DNA of 64,000 nt from Ottowia sp. (GCF_035325765.1 NZ_DAOKZG010000003.1:69998-133997); one strand, 5' to 3'; numbered from the stretch's first letter, positions 41,714 through 52,186 are shown. Translations and numbers: made by a program. The notes: generated by a model from the letters alone, not told the origin.

Positions 41714-42991
41714 CTAACCGCGATACACCAGATCGCGCAGTGCCAGCGAGATCCAGGGCACGTAGGTGATCACCATCAGGCAACCCAGCACCACCAGCAC
41801 GAAGGGCACGAGGTGCCTGATGATGCGGTCGAGCGAGACCCTGGCCACGGTGCAGACCGCGAACAGGTTGACGCCAAAGGGCGGCGTGATCATGCCCAGC
41901 GCCAGGTTGACCACCATGATCAGCCCGAAGTGCACCGGATCGACGCCGAAGTGCGCCGCCACCGGCGCCAGGATCGGCCCGAGCACGATGATGGCGGCGC
42001 TGGTTTCGATGAACATGCCGATGACGAACAGCGCGGCATTGACGCCGAGCAGGAACCAGTGCGGCGACTTCAACGTTTCGGCCAGCCACAGACCGATCGC
42101 CTCGGGGATGCCGGCGCGCGTGATGAGGAAGGCGAACAGGCCGGCATTGGCGATGATGAACATGATCACGGTCGACGAGATCACCGACTTGCGCAGCGCC
42201 TCGGCCAGGTCCTTGAGGCCGATCTCGCGGTGGATGCCGACGCCGATCACGAGGGCGTAGAGCACGGCCACCGCCGCCGCCTCGGTCGGGGTGAAGACGC
42301 CGCCGTAGATGCCGCCCAGCACCACCACCGGCATGAGCAGGGCCCAGACGGCCTTGCGCGTGGCCGCCAGCACGCCCATGCGGCCGTCGCCGTCGTGCTT
42401 GCCCCAGCCCTTGACCTTGCAGTAGAGCCAGATGAACAGCATCAGGCCACCGGCGATCACGATGCCGGGGCCGAAGCCGGCAATGAACAGCTCGCCGATA
42501 GAGACCTCGGCCGCCACGCCGTAGAGGATCATCGGGATCGAGGGCGGCACGATCACGCCGAGCTCGGCGCTGGTGGCCTGCAGCGCCGCGGCCCAGGTGG
42601 TCGGGTAGCCGGCCTTGATCAGCGCCGGGATCAGGATCGCGCCGATCGCGAAGGTGGTGGCCACCGACGAGCCCGAGACCGCGGCAAAGATCATGCAGGT
42701 GAGCACGCAGGTCATCGGCAGGCCGCCCTGGATGCCGCCGACGATGCTCTTGGCAAAGTCGACCAGGCGGCGCGAGATGCCGCCGGTCTCCATCAGGTTG
42801 CCGGCCAGGATGAAGAAGGGGATGGCGGCAAGCGGAAACTTGTTCAGCGCGTTGAACATCTCCTTGACGGAGATGAGCATCGGCGCGTGGTTGACCTGCA
42901 TGCCGACGATGGCCGCGAGGCCGATCGACACCGCGACCGAGACGCTGAGCACGAAGCCCAGCATCATGGTGATGAGCATGGCGCCGGTCAT
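41714..42991 (-). CDS. TRAP transporter large permease DctM
   Basis: LAAIPFFILAG, FAAVSGSS, IVPPSIPMI, FTPTEA, GMITPPFG. Confidence 0.95.
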   Translation of the reverse strand: MTGAMLITMMLGFVLSVSVAVSIGLAAIVGMQVNHAPMLISVKEMFNALNKFPLAAIPFFILAGNLMETGGISRRLVDFAKSIVGGIQGGLPMTCVLTCMIFAAVSGSSVATTFAIGAILIPALIKAGYPTTWAAALQATSAELGVIVPPSIPMILYGVAAEVSIGELFIAGFGPGIVIAGGLMLFIWLYCKVKGWGKHDGDGRMGVLAATRKAVWALLMPVVVLGGIYGGVFTPTEAAAVAVLYALVIGVGIHREIGLKDLAEALRKSVISSTVIMFIIANAGLFAFLITRAGIPEAIGLWLAETLKSPHWFLLGVNAALFVIGMFIETSAAIIVLGPILAPVAAHFGVDPVHFGLIMVVNLALGMITPPFGVNLFAVCTVARVSLDRIIRHLVPFVLVVLGCLMVITYVPWISLALRDLVYRG

Positions 42992-43049
42992 GGCGTGCTA
43001 CCGCTGGTGGCGCTCGGGCGCGCAATGACGCGGGTTTCGGGGCTGCCGC

Positions 43050-43544
43050 TCATTGCGCCGTCTCCAGTTCGAGGTGGCGCGGATCCAGGTAGTGGGCCAC
43101 GATGCCCAGCATCGAGGACACCGCGCCCACCGGCAGCGCGATGTAGGCCCAGAACATCGAGATCGATTCCAGTCCGGCCATGCTCTGCACGCGACCGCGC
43201 AGCGCGTAGTCCCAGCCCCACCACAGGATGATCACCATCAGCGTCAGCGCCGCCAGCGAGATCACGAGGTCGAGCACGCGGCGCAGGCGCGGCGGCACGG
43301 CGCGGTAGAGCGCGTCGACGCTGATCATGGAGCCCTGGCGGAAGGCGATCGGGCAGGCCAGGAACACCATCCAGATGAGCGAGAAGCGGATCAGGACCTC
43401 GGTCCATTCGGCCGGCTGCTCGAGCACGAAGCGCATGAACACCTGGAACACGCCCAGGCCCGAGGCGATGGCCAGCATGGCGCAGGCCAGCACCAGGGCG
43501 ATGCGGCTGGTCCAGTGTTCCACGCGCAGGATCAGGATTCTCAT
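43050..43544 (-). CDS. TRAP transporter small permease DctQ
   Basis: Four TMs, QVFMRF, WTEVLIR..LIWMVF. Confidence 0.92.
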   Translation of the reverse strand: MRILILRVEHWTSRIALVLACAMLAIASGLGVFQVFMRFVLEQPAEWTEVLIRFSLIWMVFLACPIAFRQGSMISVDALYRAVPPRLRRVLDLVISLAALTLMVIILWWGWDYALRGRVQSMAGLESISMFWAYIALPVGAVSSMLGIVAHYLDPRHLELETAQ

Positions 43545-43646
43545 GATGCTTGGTGGCAGACGAAAACGCCCGCCGCGCGGTGCGGACGGGCGCTGTCGGC
43601 GGTCACGCCGGGGCGTGCCGCGCGGCGGACTGCTGGTCGCCGGGCA

Positions 43647-44618
43647 TTACTTGTAGTTGCGGATGCGATCCAGGTTGTCCTTGCCGAATTCCTTCTCGAA
43701 CTGCGCGTTCACCGGCGCCAGTGCGGCGACGAACTTGGACTTGTCGAGATCGTCGATCACCGTCATGCCCTTGCTGCGCAGGTCGGCCACGCCCTTGGCG
43801 TCATCCTCGTCCACGCGCGCGCGGTTGGCCTTGGTGCCTTCCTTGGCGGCCTCGATGAAGGCCTGCTTGTCCTCGGCGCTGAGCTTGTCGAAGGCTTCCT
43901 TGTTCATCAGGAAGATGCAGGGCGAGTACACGTGGCCGGTCAGCGACAGGTGCTTCTGCACCTGGTCGAACTTGGCCGAGATGATGACCGGCAGCGGGTT
44001 TTCCTGCCCGTCGACCGTGCCCTGCTGCAGGGCGGTGAACACCTCGGGGAAGGCCATCGGCGTGGTGATGATGCCGAAGCCCTTGTAGGCGGCGATGTGC
44101 ACCGGGTTCTCCATGGTGCGCATCTTCAGGCCCTTGAGGTCCTCGGGCGTGCGCACGTCACGCTTGCTGTTGGTCATGTGGCGGAAGCCGTTTTCGGCCC
44201 AGGCCAGGCCGACCATGCCCTTGGGCTCGAACTTCTTGAGCAGGTCCTGGCCGATCGGGCCGTCGAGCACGGCGCGCGCGTGTGCCTTGTCGCGGAACAG
44301 GAACGGCACGTCGAGGATCTTGGTTTCGGGCACGAAGTTGGGGATCGGCCCGGTGGAGGTGAAGGTCAGCTCCTGCGTGCCCAGCTGCACGGCCTCGACC
44401 GATTCGCGCTCGCCGCCCAGGGCCCCGTTGTAGAAGGTCTGGATCTTGTAGCGGCCGTTGGTGCGCTTCTCCACCTCCTGCGCGAAGGTGTCGATGGCGA
44501 TGCCCTGGTGCGAGTTCTGCGCCACGGAAATGTTGATGCGCATGGAGGTTTGCGCGCTGACACCGGCGGTCAGGCCGAGCGTCAGGGCGACACCAAGAAC
44601 CAAAGCGTGAAGTTTCAT
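43647..44618 (-). CDS. TRAP substrate-binding protein DctP (copy 1)
   Basis: Signal peptide; GGERE, ENGFRH, DLKGLKMR, LQQGTVDGQENP; start ATG 44618. Confidence 0.95.
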   Translation of the reverse strand: MKLHALVLGVALTLGLTAGVSAQTSMRINISVAQNSHQGIAIDTFAQEVEKRTNGRYKIQTFYNGALGGERESVEAVQLGTQELTFTSTGPIPNFVPETKILDVPFLFRDKAHARAVLDGPIGQDLLKKFEPKGMVGLAWAENGFRHMTNSKRDVRTPEDLKGLKMRTMENPVHIAAYKGFGIITTPMAFPEVFTALQQGTVDGQENPLPVIISAKFDQVQKHLSLTGHVYSPCIFLMNKEAFDKLSAEDKQAFIEAAKEGTKANRARVDEDDAKGVADLRSKGMTVIDDLDKSKFVAALAPVNAQFEKEFGKDNLDRIRNYK

Positions 44619-44803
44619 GGAAGGGAACTCCTGAAGAGATGGCGGATGGGGATGACCGGGCGCAGGCAGACGCGCGCCACGCAGGTCGGCCATTATGGGC
44701 ATGCAACGGCGACGCCGGTACGGGGTTTTCGCGTATTTCCCCACCGCTGGTGCTGGCAGTCACGCCTGCGTGCGCGGTGCCGCGGCGGGCCGCTGCCGCG
44801 GCT

Positions 44804-45784
44804 TCAGGAGCCTTTGTGGTCGCGAATGCGCTGGATGTTTTCGGCGCCGAAATCCTTCTCGAACTGCGCATTCACCCGGGCCAGGGCGTCGACGAATCGG
44901 CCCTTGTCGACGTTCTCGATGACCTGCACGCCATGCGAGCGGAAATATGCGACGCCGGAGGCGTCGTCCTTGTCGACGCGCTCCCGGTTGGCGCGGGTGC
45001 CCTCGCGCGCGGCGTCCAGGAAGGCCTGCTGGTCGGCCGCGCTCAGCTGGGCCCAGGCGCCCGGATTCATCAGCCAGACGCAGGGCGAATAGACGTGGCC
45101 GGTGAGCGTCAGGTATTTCTGCACCTGGTCGAACTTGCCGGCGATCATGATCGAGAGCGGGTTTTCCTGCCCGTCCACCGTGCCCTGCTGCAGTGCCGTG
45201 AAGACTTCGGGAAAAGCCATCGGCGTGGTGATGATCCCGAGGCCCTTGAATGCTGCCATGTGGACCGGGTTTTCCATGGTGCGCATCTTGAGCCCCTTGA
45301 CGTCGGCCGGCTGGTTGATGGGGCGCACGTTGTTCGTCATGTGCCGGACCCCGTTCTCGCCCCAGCCCAGCGCCTTGAAGCCGTGCTTCTCGAACTTCGC
45401 CAGCAGCTCCTGGCCGATGGGTCCGTCCAGCACGGCGCGCGCGTGCGCCTTGTCGCGGAACAGGAAGGGCATGTCGAGGATCTTGGTCTCGGGCACGAAA
45501 TTCGGGATCGGCCCCGTGGTGGAGAAGGCCAGTTCCTGCGTGCCCAGTTGCACCGCCTCGTCGTACTCGCGTTCGCCCCCGAGCGCGCCGCTGTAGAAGG
45601 TCTTGATGACGTAGCGCCCCTGGGTGCGTTGCTCCACCTCGCGCGCGAAGGTGTCGATGGCCACGCCCTGGTGCGAGTCCTGCGAAGTGGCGATGCTGAT
45701 GCGCATCACCGTCTGTGCCTGGCTGGCACCGCAGGCCAGGCCCAGGGCGAGGCACAGGCCGATCAGGAAGTTGCGTGATTTCAT
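44804..45784 (-). CDS. TRAP substrate-binding protein DctP (copy 2, paralog)
   Basis: Same motifs as copy 1 with long identical stretches; start ATG 45784. Confidence 0.93.
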   Translation of the reverse strand: MKSRNFLIGLCLALGLACGASQAQTVMRISIATSQDSHQGVAIDTFAREVEQRTQGRYVIKTFYSGALGGEREYDEAVQLGTQELAFSTTGPIPNFVPETKILDMPFLFRDKAHARAVLDGPIGQELLAKFEKHGFKALGWGENGVRHMTNNVRPINQPADVKGLKMRTMENPVHMAAFKGLGIITTPMAFPEVFTALQQGTVDGQENPLSIMIAGKFDQVQKYLTLTGHVYSPCVWLMNPGAWAQLSAADQQAFLDAAREGTRANRERVDKDDASGVAYFRSHGVQVIENVDKGRFVDALARVNAQFEKDFGAENIQRIRDHKGS

Positions 45785-45875
45785 GATGTCTCCGTTGGCG
45801 AGGTGTCGTGGCTTGCCGTCGCGGCCGCTCGGACCGGTGGGTGCGCGGGCTGCATCGGGAACCCGGTTGCCGCGG

Positions 45876-46460
45876 TCAGCCGGCACCGCGCATGCGATCG
45901 ACCAGGGCGCGCACGGTTGCCTCGCTGGCCCCGACGATGCGCGCGTTCGGCCGCCCCGTGCCGAAAGCCACGGCCAGCACGATTTCATCGGCGCGCGGCG
46001 CGCCCGGGATCCGGACTTCCAGCGTGTCCATCGCGTCGTAGTGCCAGCCGTCATCGATGCCGCCCAGCACCACGTCGAGTGAAGCTCCGGGTCCGCCACG
46101 CTTGGCGTTGCCGGGGATCAGCGCGTAGCCGGCCCGGATTGCCGACCGCATCGCCAGCCCGATCCGGCAGTGGATCATCGCGGCGCCCTGCTCGAGGTCG
46201 CCGGCTTCGCCCACCAGCACGCCCTTGCCGAAGGCGATCGGCTTGCGCTCGCCCATCGCCTGCAGGCATTTCTGCACCAGGATCTCGCCGATGCGTGCCG
46301 ACTCGGCGGCGCACTCGTCCAGGATCGCGGTGCTCGCGCTGCCCTGGTGCGGGTTGTGCAGCACCGCGCACGCGGCGACCTTGAGCGCCGGCGGAGCGAC
46401 GGGCGTGCCCGAGGGCGGGTGGCTCTCGGCGACGATGAGATGCAGTTCTCGAATGTCCAT
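45876..46460 (-). CDS. Amino-acid-synthesis family protein (DUF1185-like)
   Basis: AACAVLHNP, FGKGVLVGEAGDLEQGAAMIH, AKRGGPGASLDV, PRADEIV...GRPNAR; start ATG 46460. Confidence 0.8.
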   Translation of the reverse strand: MDIRELHLIVAESHPPSGTPVAPPALKVAACAVLHNPHQGSASTAILDECAAESARIGEILVQKCLQAMGERKPIAFGKGVLVGEAGDLEQGAAMIHCRIGLAMRSAIRAGYALIPGNAKRGGPGASLDVVLGGIDDGWHYDAMDTLEVRIPGAPRADEIVLAVAFGTGRPNARIVGASEATVRALVDRMRGAG

Positions 46461-46613
46461 GATGCTCCGCTGCGGGTTGGAAGATCGCCACGGCAAGTGG
46501 TGCAGTACCCGATCACCGCCCGCCGCGCGGGGTATGCGCAGGCGGTCGGGGTCGACCATCCGAACCATGGTCCATGCTGGCTGGGTGGCTGCAATCGATG
46601 ATAGGAGCAGCCG

Positions 46614-46637
46614 ACGCGTGGTCCTAGAACCACGCGT
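46614..46637. promoter_or_regulatory. Putative operator palindrome upstream of the DUF1185-dctP genes
   Basis: Perfect inverted repeat ACGCGTGGT-CCTAGA-ACCACGCGT plus extra (T/G)GGTCC half-sites nearby. Confidence 0.45.
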
Positions 46638-46756
46638 GGTCCAGGCGATGGGTCCAGGCCGGTGCCTGCGCGTGCCGCGGGTGAGCGGCGTCACGCGCGC
46701 GTCGTGCCTTCGTGGTGTCTTGCGGCAGTGCGCCGCGGCGTCTCGGCGGTCGTGCC

Positions 46757-47551
46757 TCAGCCGAGCAGCAGGGCGTCGTCGGCCAGCTCCTCGCCGCGCA
46801 CCCTGGCGAACATGCGCAGCAGGTCGGGCACGTCCATGCGGGCACGCTCCTCGCCGGAGACGTCCAGCACCACCTGGCCCTGGTGCAGCATCACGGTGCG
46901 TTCGCCGACGTCCAGCGCCTGGCGCATGCTGTGCGTGACCATCATCGTGGTCAGCTGGTTCTCCTCGACGATCCGGCAGGTCAGGCGCAGCACGAAGTCG
47001 GCGGTGCGCGGATCGAGCGCGGCGGTGTGCTCGTCGAGCAGCAGGATGCGCGAGGGCTGGAGTGACGCCATCAGCAGGCTGACGGCCTGGCGCTGGCCGC
47101 CCGAGAGCAGGCCGATGCGGTCCGTGAGGCGGTTCTCCAGCCCCAGGCCGAGGGTGGCCAGGCGCTCCCGGAAGCGCGCGCGCTCGGCGCTCTTGACGGC
47201 ACTGCGCAGGCCGCGGCGCGTGCCGCGCTGCTGCGCCAGTGCCATGTTCTCCTCGATCGTCAGGTCTTCGCAGGTGCCGGCCATCGGATCCTGGAACACG
47301 CGTGCCACGCGCTGCGCGCGCGACCACACGGGCTCGCGCGTGACGTCCAGCCCGTCGATCACGATGCGCCCCGAGTCGACGCTCAGGTTGCCCGAGATGG
47401 CATTCAGGAAGGTCGACTTGCCGGCGCCGTTGGAGCCGATCACGGTGACGAACTGGCCGGCCGGGATTTCCAGCGACATGCCGCACAAGGCGCGCGTCTC
47501 GATCGGCGTGCCGGCGTTGAAGGTGATGTGCAGGTCCTGGGCGCTCAGCAT
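46757..47551 (-). CDS. ABC transporter ATP-binding protein
   Basis: GSNGAGKS, LSGGQRQ, LLLDEHTAALDP. Confidence 0.95.
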   Translation of the reverse strand: MLSAQDLHITFNAGTPIETRALCGMSLEIPAGQFVTVIGSNGAGKSTFLNAISGNLSVDSGRIVIDGLDVTREPVWSRAQRVARVFQDPMAGTCEDLTIEENMALAQQRGTRRGLRSAVKSAERARFRERLATLGLGLENRLTDRIGLLSGGQRQAVSLLMASLQPSRILLLDEHTAALDPRTADFVLRLTCRIVEENQLTTMMVTHSMRQALDVGERTVMLHQGQVVLDVSGEERARMDVPDLLRMFARVRGEELADDALLLG

Positions 47552-47564
47552 GTCGGGTCTCCGC

Positions 47565-48458
47565 TCACAGGCTGCGCGGCGCTTCCGCCGTCTTGCGCTT
47601 GAGCTGCGGGATGATGAGGGCGATCGTCACCAGCACGGCGGTCACCAGGTTCAGGTCCTGGGCCTTCAGGCCGATGAAGTCGCTGTTCAGCGCCATGGCG
47701 ATGAAGAAGCGGTAGACGATGGCGCCGAGGATGGCGCCCAGCGTCGCCAGCACGATGCGGCGCGAGAAGATGATGCTCTCGCCGACGATCACCGCGGCCA
47801 GGCCGATGACGATGGTGCCGATACCCATCGAGATGTCGGCGCCGCCCTGGGTCTGCGCGAACAGCGCGCCGGCCAGGCCCACCAGGGCGTTGGAAAAGGC
47901 CATGCCCAGCAGCACCATGGCACCGGTGTTGATGCCCTGCGCACGCGCCATGCGCGGGTTGGAGCCGGTGGCGCGGATGGCCAGGCCGCGCTCGGTGGAG
48001 AAGAACCAGTCGGTGACCAGCTTGCAGCCGATCACGATCAGCAGCATCAGGGTCGGGCGCCACCAGAAGTCATCCATCCCGACCGGCTGGGTCTGGTTGA
48101 ACACCGTGGGGTCGTTGATCAGCGGGATGTTGGGTCCGCCCATGATGCGCAGGTTGACCGAAAACAGCGCGATCATCATCAGGATCGAGGCCAGCAGGTC
48201 CATGATCTTCAGGCGCACGTTCAGCCATCCGGTGATGAACCCGGCCACGGCGCCGGCCAGGGTGGCCGCCACGGTGGCGGTGAACGGATCGCTGCCGCGG
48301 GAGATCAGCACCGCGCACACCGCGCCACCGAGCGGGAAGCTGCCGTCCACCGTCAGGTCAGGGAAGCGCAGCAGGCGAAACGAGATGAAGACGCCCAGCG
48401 ACACCAGCGCAAAAATCAGGCCGATCTCGACGGCGCCCAGGATCGAAAACAGGGACAT
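47565..48458 (-). CDS. ABC transporter permease
   Basis: FPDLTVDGSFPLG, GLAIRATGSN, MGIGTIVIGLA. Confidence 0.93.
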   Translation of the reverse strand: MSLFSILGAVEIGLIFALVSLGVFISFRLLRFPDLTVDGSFPLGGAVCAVLISRGSDPFTATVAATLAGAVAGFITGWLNVRLKIMDLLASILMMIALFSVNLRIMGGPNIPLINDPTVFNQTQPVGMDDFWWRPTLMLLIVIGCKLVTDWFFSTERGLAIRATGSNPRMARAQGINTGAMVLLGMAFSNALVGLAGALFAQTQGGADISMGIGTIVIGLAAVIVGESIIFSRRIVLATLGAILGAIVYRFFIAMALNSDFIGLKAQDLNLVTAVLVTIALIIPQLKRKTAEAPRSL

Positions 48459-48543
48459 GGTGGAGTCGCGAAAGAAAAAGCAGGAGCCATGATGTCATGG
48501 CTCCTGCGTGCGTGGAATAGCGGCTTACCCCAGCCGCCTGCCG

Positions 48544-49509
48544 TCACTTGACCACTTCGGTGGCCGACTTGACCAGGTCCTCGGACAGTTTCACGCCCTG
48601 CTTCTCGGCCGCCCCGGGGTTGACGAACAGCTCCAGCTTGGTGCTGGTCTCGGGCTTGATGTCGCCGGGCTTCTCGCCCTTGAGGATGCGCGCCACCATG
48701 CGGCCGGTCTGCTCGCCCAGGTCGCGGTAGTTGATGCCCAGCGCCGCGATGGCGCCGCGCTTGACGCTGTCGGTGTCCGACGCGACCAGCGGCAGCTTGG
48801 CTTCCTGGCCGACCTTGACCAGCGACTCGTAGGCCGACACCACGTTGTTGTCGGTGTTGGTGTAGACCACGTCGACCTTGCCGATCAGGCTGCGCGCGGC
48901 GCTGCCGACGTCGACCGAGCGCGGTGCCGAGGCCTCGACCAGGTTCATGCCCTGCTTGGGCAGCAGTTCCTTGAGCTGGTTCACCACCACCACCGAGTTC
49001 GCCTCGCCCGGGTTGTACACCATGCCCACGCGCTTGGCGCCCGGCACCACCTGCTTGATCAGGTCGATCTGCTTGTCCAGCGCCAGCAGGTCGGACACGC
49101 CGGTCACGTTCGTGTGCGAGGCGTCCCAGTTCGGCACCAGCTTGGCAGCGACCGGGTCGGTGACGGCAGAGAACACCACCGGCACCGTCTTGGTGGCTGC
49201 CACCACGGCCTGGGCCGACGGCGTGGCGATGGCGACGATGGCATCCGGGTTGTCACCGACGAACTTGCGCGCGATCTGCGCCGCCGTGCCGGTGTTGCCC
49301 TGTGCGCTCTGGTACTGCCACTTGAGGTTCTTGCCCTCTTCGTAGCCGGCCTCCTTGAGCGCGGCCTTCACGCCGTCGCGCACGGCGTCGAGCGCCGGGT
49401 GCTCGACGATGGCCGTCACCGCGACCGATTTTTCCTGCGCGCTGGCCGGGGCGATGGCTGCCATGGCCAGCGCCAGTGCACCCAGGGTCATCCATGGCAA
49501 CTTCTTCAT
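48544..49509 (-). CDS. ABC substrate-binding protein (ABC_sub_bind, TrpX-like aromatic amino acid family)
   Basis: Signal peptide; IVEHPALD, AIATPSAQ, FSAVTDP, NVTGVSD, YNPGEANS; start ATG 49509. Confidence 0.92.
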   Translation of the reverse strand: MKKLPWMTLGALALAMAAIAPASAQEKSVAVTAIVEHPALDAVRDGVKAALKEAGYEEGKNLKWQYQSAQGNTGTAAQIARKFVGDNPDAIVAIATPSAQAVVAATKTVPVVFSAVTDPVAAKLVPNWDASHTNVTGVSDLLALDKQIDLIKQVVPGAKRVGMVYNPGEANSVVVVNQLKELLPKQGMNLVEASAPRSVDVGSAARSLIGKVDVVYTNTDNNVVSAYESLVKVGQEAKLPLVASDTDSVKRGAIAALGINYRDLGEQTGRMVARILKGEKPGDIKPETSTKLELFVNPGAAEKQGVKLSEDLVKSATEVVK

Positions 49510-49658
49510 TCGTTCATCTCCTGAATCTGTGTATTGAGCCGGTAGGGAACGGGCCACCGCAGGCGGCACCGGGCCCGAAGTGTACGACGCCCGGCGTGTC
49601 GCGTGAAAAGCGGCAGTGCCGGACCGTGCTCGCAGCGGGGGCGCGCCGGCGTCATCGC

Positions 49659-51359
49659 TCACATCTCCGCGTAGTTCGGGCCGCCGCCACCCTCGGGCGT
49701 GACCCAGACGATGTTCTGCGTCGGGTCCTTGATGTCGCAGGTCTTGCAGTGCACGCAGTTCTGCGCGTTGATCTGCAGCCGCATGGCACCGCCGCCCTTG
49801 GCCTCGTCGGGCACGAACTCGTACACGCCGGCGGGGCAGTAGCGGCCCTCCGGACCGGCGAACTTGGCCAGGTTGACGTTGACCGGCACGCTGGCGTCCT
49901 TCAGCGTCAGGTGCGAGGGCTGGTTTTCCTCGTGGTTGGTGTTGCTGATGAAGACGCTGGAAAGGCGGTCGAAGGTCAGCTCGCCGTCCGGCTTGGGGTA
50001 GTCGATCGGCTGGCACTCGGCGGCCGGCCTGAGCTGCACGTGGTCCGGCAGCTTGCGGTGCAGGGTCCAGGGCATGTGGCCGCGCAGCGCGTACTGCTCG
50101 AAGCCGTTCATCACCGTCCCCACCGTCAGGCCGTGCTTGAACCAGTTCTTGAAGTTGCGGTCCTTGTTCAGCTCGGCCGCCAGCCAGCTCTGGTTGAAGG
50201 CCTCCGGGTAGGCCGTGAGTTCATCGTGCTGGCGCCCGGCCTGGATCGCGTCGAAGGCGGCGTCACCCGCCAGCGAGCCGGTCTTGATGGCGGCGTGGCT
50301 GCCCTTGATGCGCCCGACGTTCAGGTAGCCGGCGTCGCAGCCGACCAGCGCGCCGCCCGGGAACACGGTCTTCGGCAGTGCCAGGATGCCGCCCGCGGTG
50401 ATGGCGCGCGCGCCGTAGGACAGGCGCTTGGCGTTGACCTTGCCGGCCTTGTCGGTGAAGTACCAGCGGATGCGCGGATGCGTCTTCCAGCGCTGGAATT
50501 CCTCGAACGGGCTGAGGTAGGGGTTCTTGTAGTTGAGTCCGACGACGAAGCCGCAGTAGATCTTGTGGTCCTCGGCGTGGTACATGAAGGCGCCGCCGTA
50601 GGTGTGTTCGTCCATCGGCCAGCCGGCGGTGTGCATCACCATGCCGGGGGTGTGGCGGCTGGGGTCGACTTCCCACACCTCCTTGATGCCGATGGCGTAG
50701 CTCTGCGGGTCACTCAGCTCGTCGAGCTTGTAGCGCGCGATCAGCTGCTTGCCCAGGTGGCCGCGCGAGCCCTCGGCGAAGATCGTGTACTTGGCGTGCA
50801 GCTCCATGCCGAGCTGGAAGTTCTCGGTCGGCTCGCCGTCCTTGCCGATGCCGACGTTGCCGGTGGCCACGCCCTTGACGCTGCCGTCCTCGTTGTAAAG
50901 GATCTCGGCGGCGGCAAAGCCGGGGAAGATCTCCACGCCCAGGGCCTCGGCCTGCTCGGCCAGCCAGCGCACCACCCGCCCCAGGCTGGCGATGTAGTTG
51001 CCGTGGTTCTGCGCGAACGGCGGCAGGAACAGCCCCGGCACGCGCACGCCGCCCTTCTCGCTCAGGAACACGTAGGCATCGTCGGTGACGGGCTGGTGCA
51101 GCGGCGCGCCCTTCTCCTTCCAGTCGGGGATCAGCTCGCTCAGGGCCCTGGGATCGATCACCGCGCCCGACAGGATGTGGGCGCCTGGCTCCGAGCCCTT
51201 TTCCAACACCACGACCGAGACGTCCTGACCCTTCTCGGCGGCGCGCTGCTTGATGCGGATGGCGGCCGACAGGCCGCCCGGGCCGGCACCGACGATCACC
51301 ACGTCGTAGTCCATGGCTTCGCGCGGGCCGTACTGCTGAAGGATTTGCTCGGGGGTCAT
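49659..51359 (-). CDS. Electron transfer flavoprotein-ubiquinone oxidoreductase
   Basis: GAGPGGL, EKGSEPGAHILSG, KGSHAAIK, Fe-S CPAGVYE...NCVHCKTCDIKDP. Confidence 0.96.
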   Translation of the reverse strand: MTPEQILQQYGPREAMDYDVVIVGAGPGGLSAAIRIKQRAAEKGQDVSVVVLEKGSEPGAHILSGAVIDPRALSELIPDWKEKGAPLHQPVTDDAYVFLSEKGGVRVPGLFLPPFAQNHGNYIASLGRVVRWLAEQAEALGVEIFPGFAAAEILYNEDGSVKGVATGNVGIGKDGEPTENFQLGMELHAKYTIFAEGSRGHLGKQLIARYKLDELSDPQSYAIGIKEVWEVDPSRHTPGMVMHTAGWPMDEHTYGGAFMYHAEDHKIYCGFVVGLNYKNPYLSPFEEFQRWKTHPRIRWYFTDKAGKVNAKRLSYGARAITAGGILALPKTVFPGGALVGCDAGYLNVGRIKGSHAAIKTGSLAGDAAFDAIQAGRQHDELTAYPEAFNQSWLAAELNKDRNFKNWFKHGLTVGTVMNGFEQYALRGHMPWTLHRKLPDHVQLRPAAECQPIDYPKPDGELTFDRLSSVFISNTNHEENQPSHLTLKDASVPVNVNLAKFAGPEGRYCPAGVYEFVPDEAKGGGAMRLQINAQNCVHCKTCDIKDPTQNIVWVTPEGGGGPNYAEM

Positions 51360-51579
51360 GGGCAGGTCCTGGAAGGGGATTTGACGAAATGCCGAATCGG
51401 CCGGCTCGGCGGGCCGTCATGCGCGCCGGCCGCTGGGCCGATTCTATGCACCGGCGGGGCGCCCGGGTACGCCTGGGCGACAGGGTTGCCGGCGCCGCCC
51501 ATCACCTCGGGTATTCTGCGCAGTTCCGGTCCCGGCATTTCCGGCCGTCGCGCACGTCCATCCTTTCCAAGGCATTCGC

Positions 51580-52014
51580 ATGAAGATCGACCTCCCCGAA
51601 CAGAAGAAGCTGGTCTACGAGATGACCATCCCCATCCGCTGGGGCGACATGGATGCGATGGGGCACATCAACAATGCCGTGTATTTCCGCTACATGGAGA
51701 CCGCGCGCATCGACTGGTTCACCTCGCTCGGCCTGCAACCCGACCCGAAAGGCGAGGGCATCGTGATCGTCAACGCCTTCTGCAACTTCATCCGCCAGTT
51801 CGAGTATCCCGGCACGGTGCTGATCAGGACCTTTGTCAGCAACCCCGGACGCAGTTCGTTCGACACCTGGGCCACCATGGAACGTGCCGACCAGCCCGGC
51901 ATCCTGTGCGCCAGCGGCGGTGCGACCATCGTCTGGGTCGACTTCCCGGCGCAGAAATCGGCCCCGCTGCCGGGCTGGCTGCTGGAGGCCGTGGGCTTGG
52001 CCGCGCCACGCTGA
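51580..52014 (+). CDS. 4-hydroxybenzoyl-CoA-like acyl-CoA thioesterase
   Basis: RWGDMDAMGHINNAVYFRYMETAR hot-dog motif. Confidence 0.93.
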   Translation: MKIDLPEQKKLVYEMTIPIRWGDMDAMGHINNAVYFRYMETARIDWFTSLGLQPDPKGEGIVIVNAFCNFIRQFEYPGTVLIRTFVSNPGRSSFDTWATMERADQPGILCASGGATIVWVDFPAQKSAPLPGWLLEAVGLAAPR

Positions 52015-52045
52015 GCCCACTGCCGGGGTCGGCGCAAGGCCCATG

Positions 52046-52077
52046 AAAAAAACCCGCACGGCGCGCGCCGGCGGGTT
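52046..52077 (-). terminator. Rho-independent terminator downstream of the att copy (likely original tRNA-His terminator)
   Basis: Minus strand AACCCGC...GCGGGTT stem followed by T-run. Confidence 0.65.
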
Positions 52078-52088
52078 CCTTCAAATCC

Positions 52089-52139
52089 TGGGGTGGCTGA
52101 TGGGACTCGAACCCACGACAACCGGAATCACAATCCGGG
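52089..52139 (-). repeat. att site: 51-bp duplication of the tRNA-His 3' end
   Basis: Identical to 61297-61347; match stops just 5' of the anticodon arm. Confidence 0.95.
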
Positions 52140-52186
52140 GTTGTTGGTGTTTACGTGCGTTGATTGGTGTAGGTAAAATCCATGAA

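Noticed and set aside
52089-52139. Second tRNA-His gene
   Set aside because: Only the 3' 51 nt are present; the D-arm and 5' acceptor strand are missing, so it is an att site.
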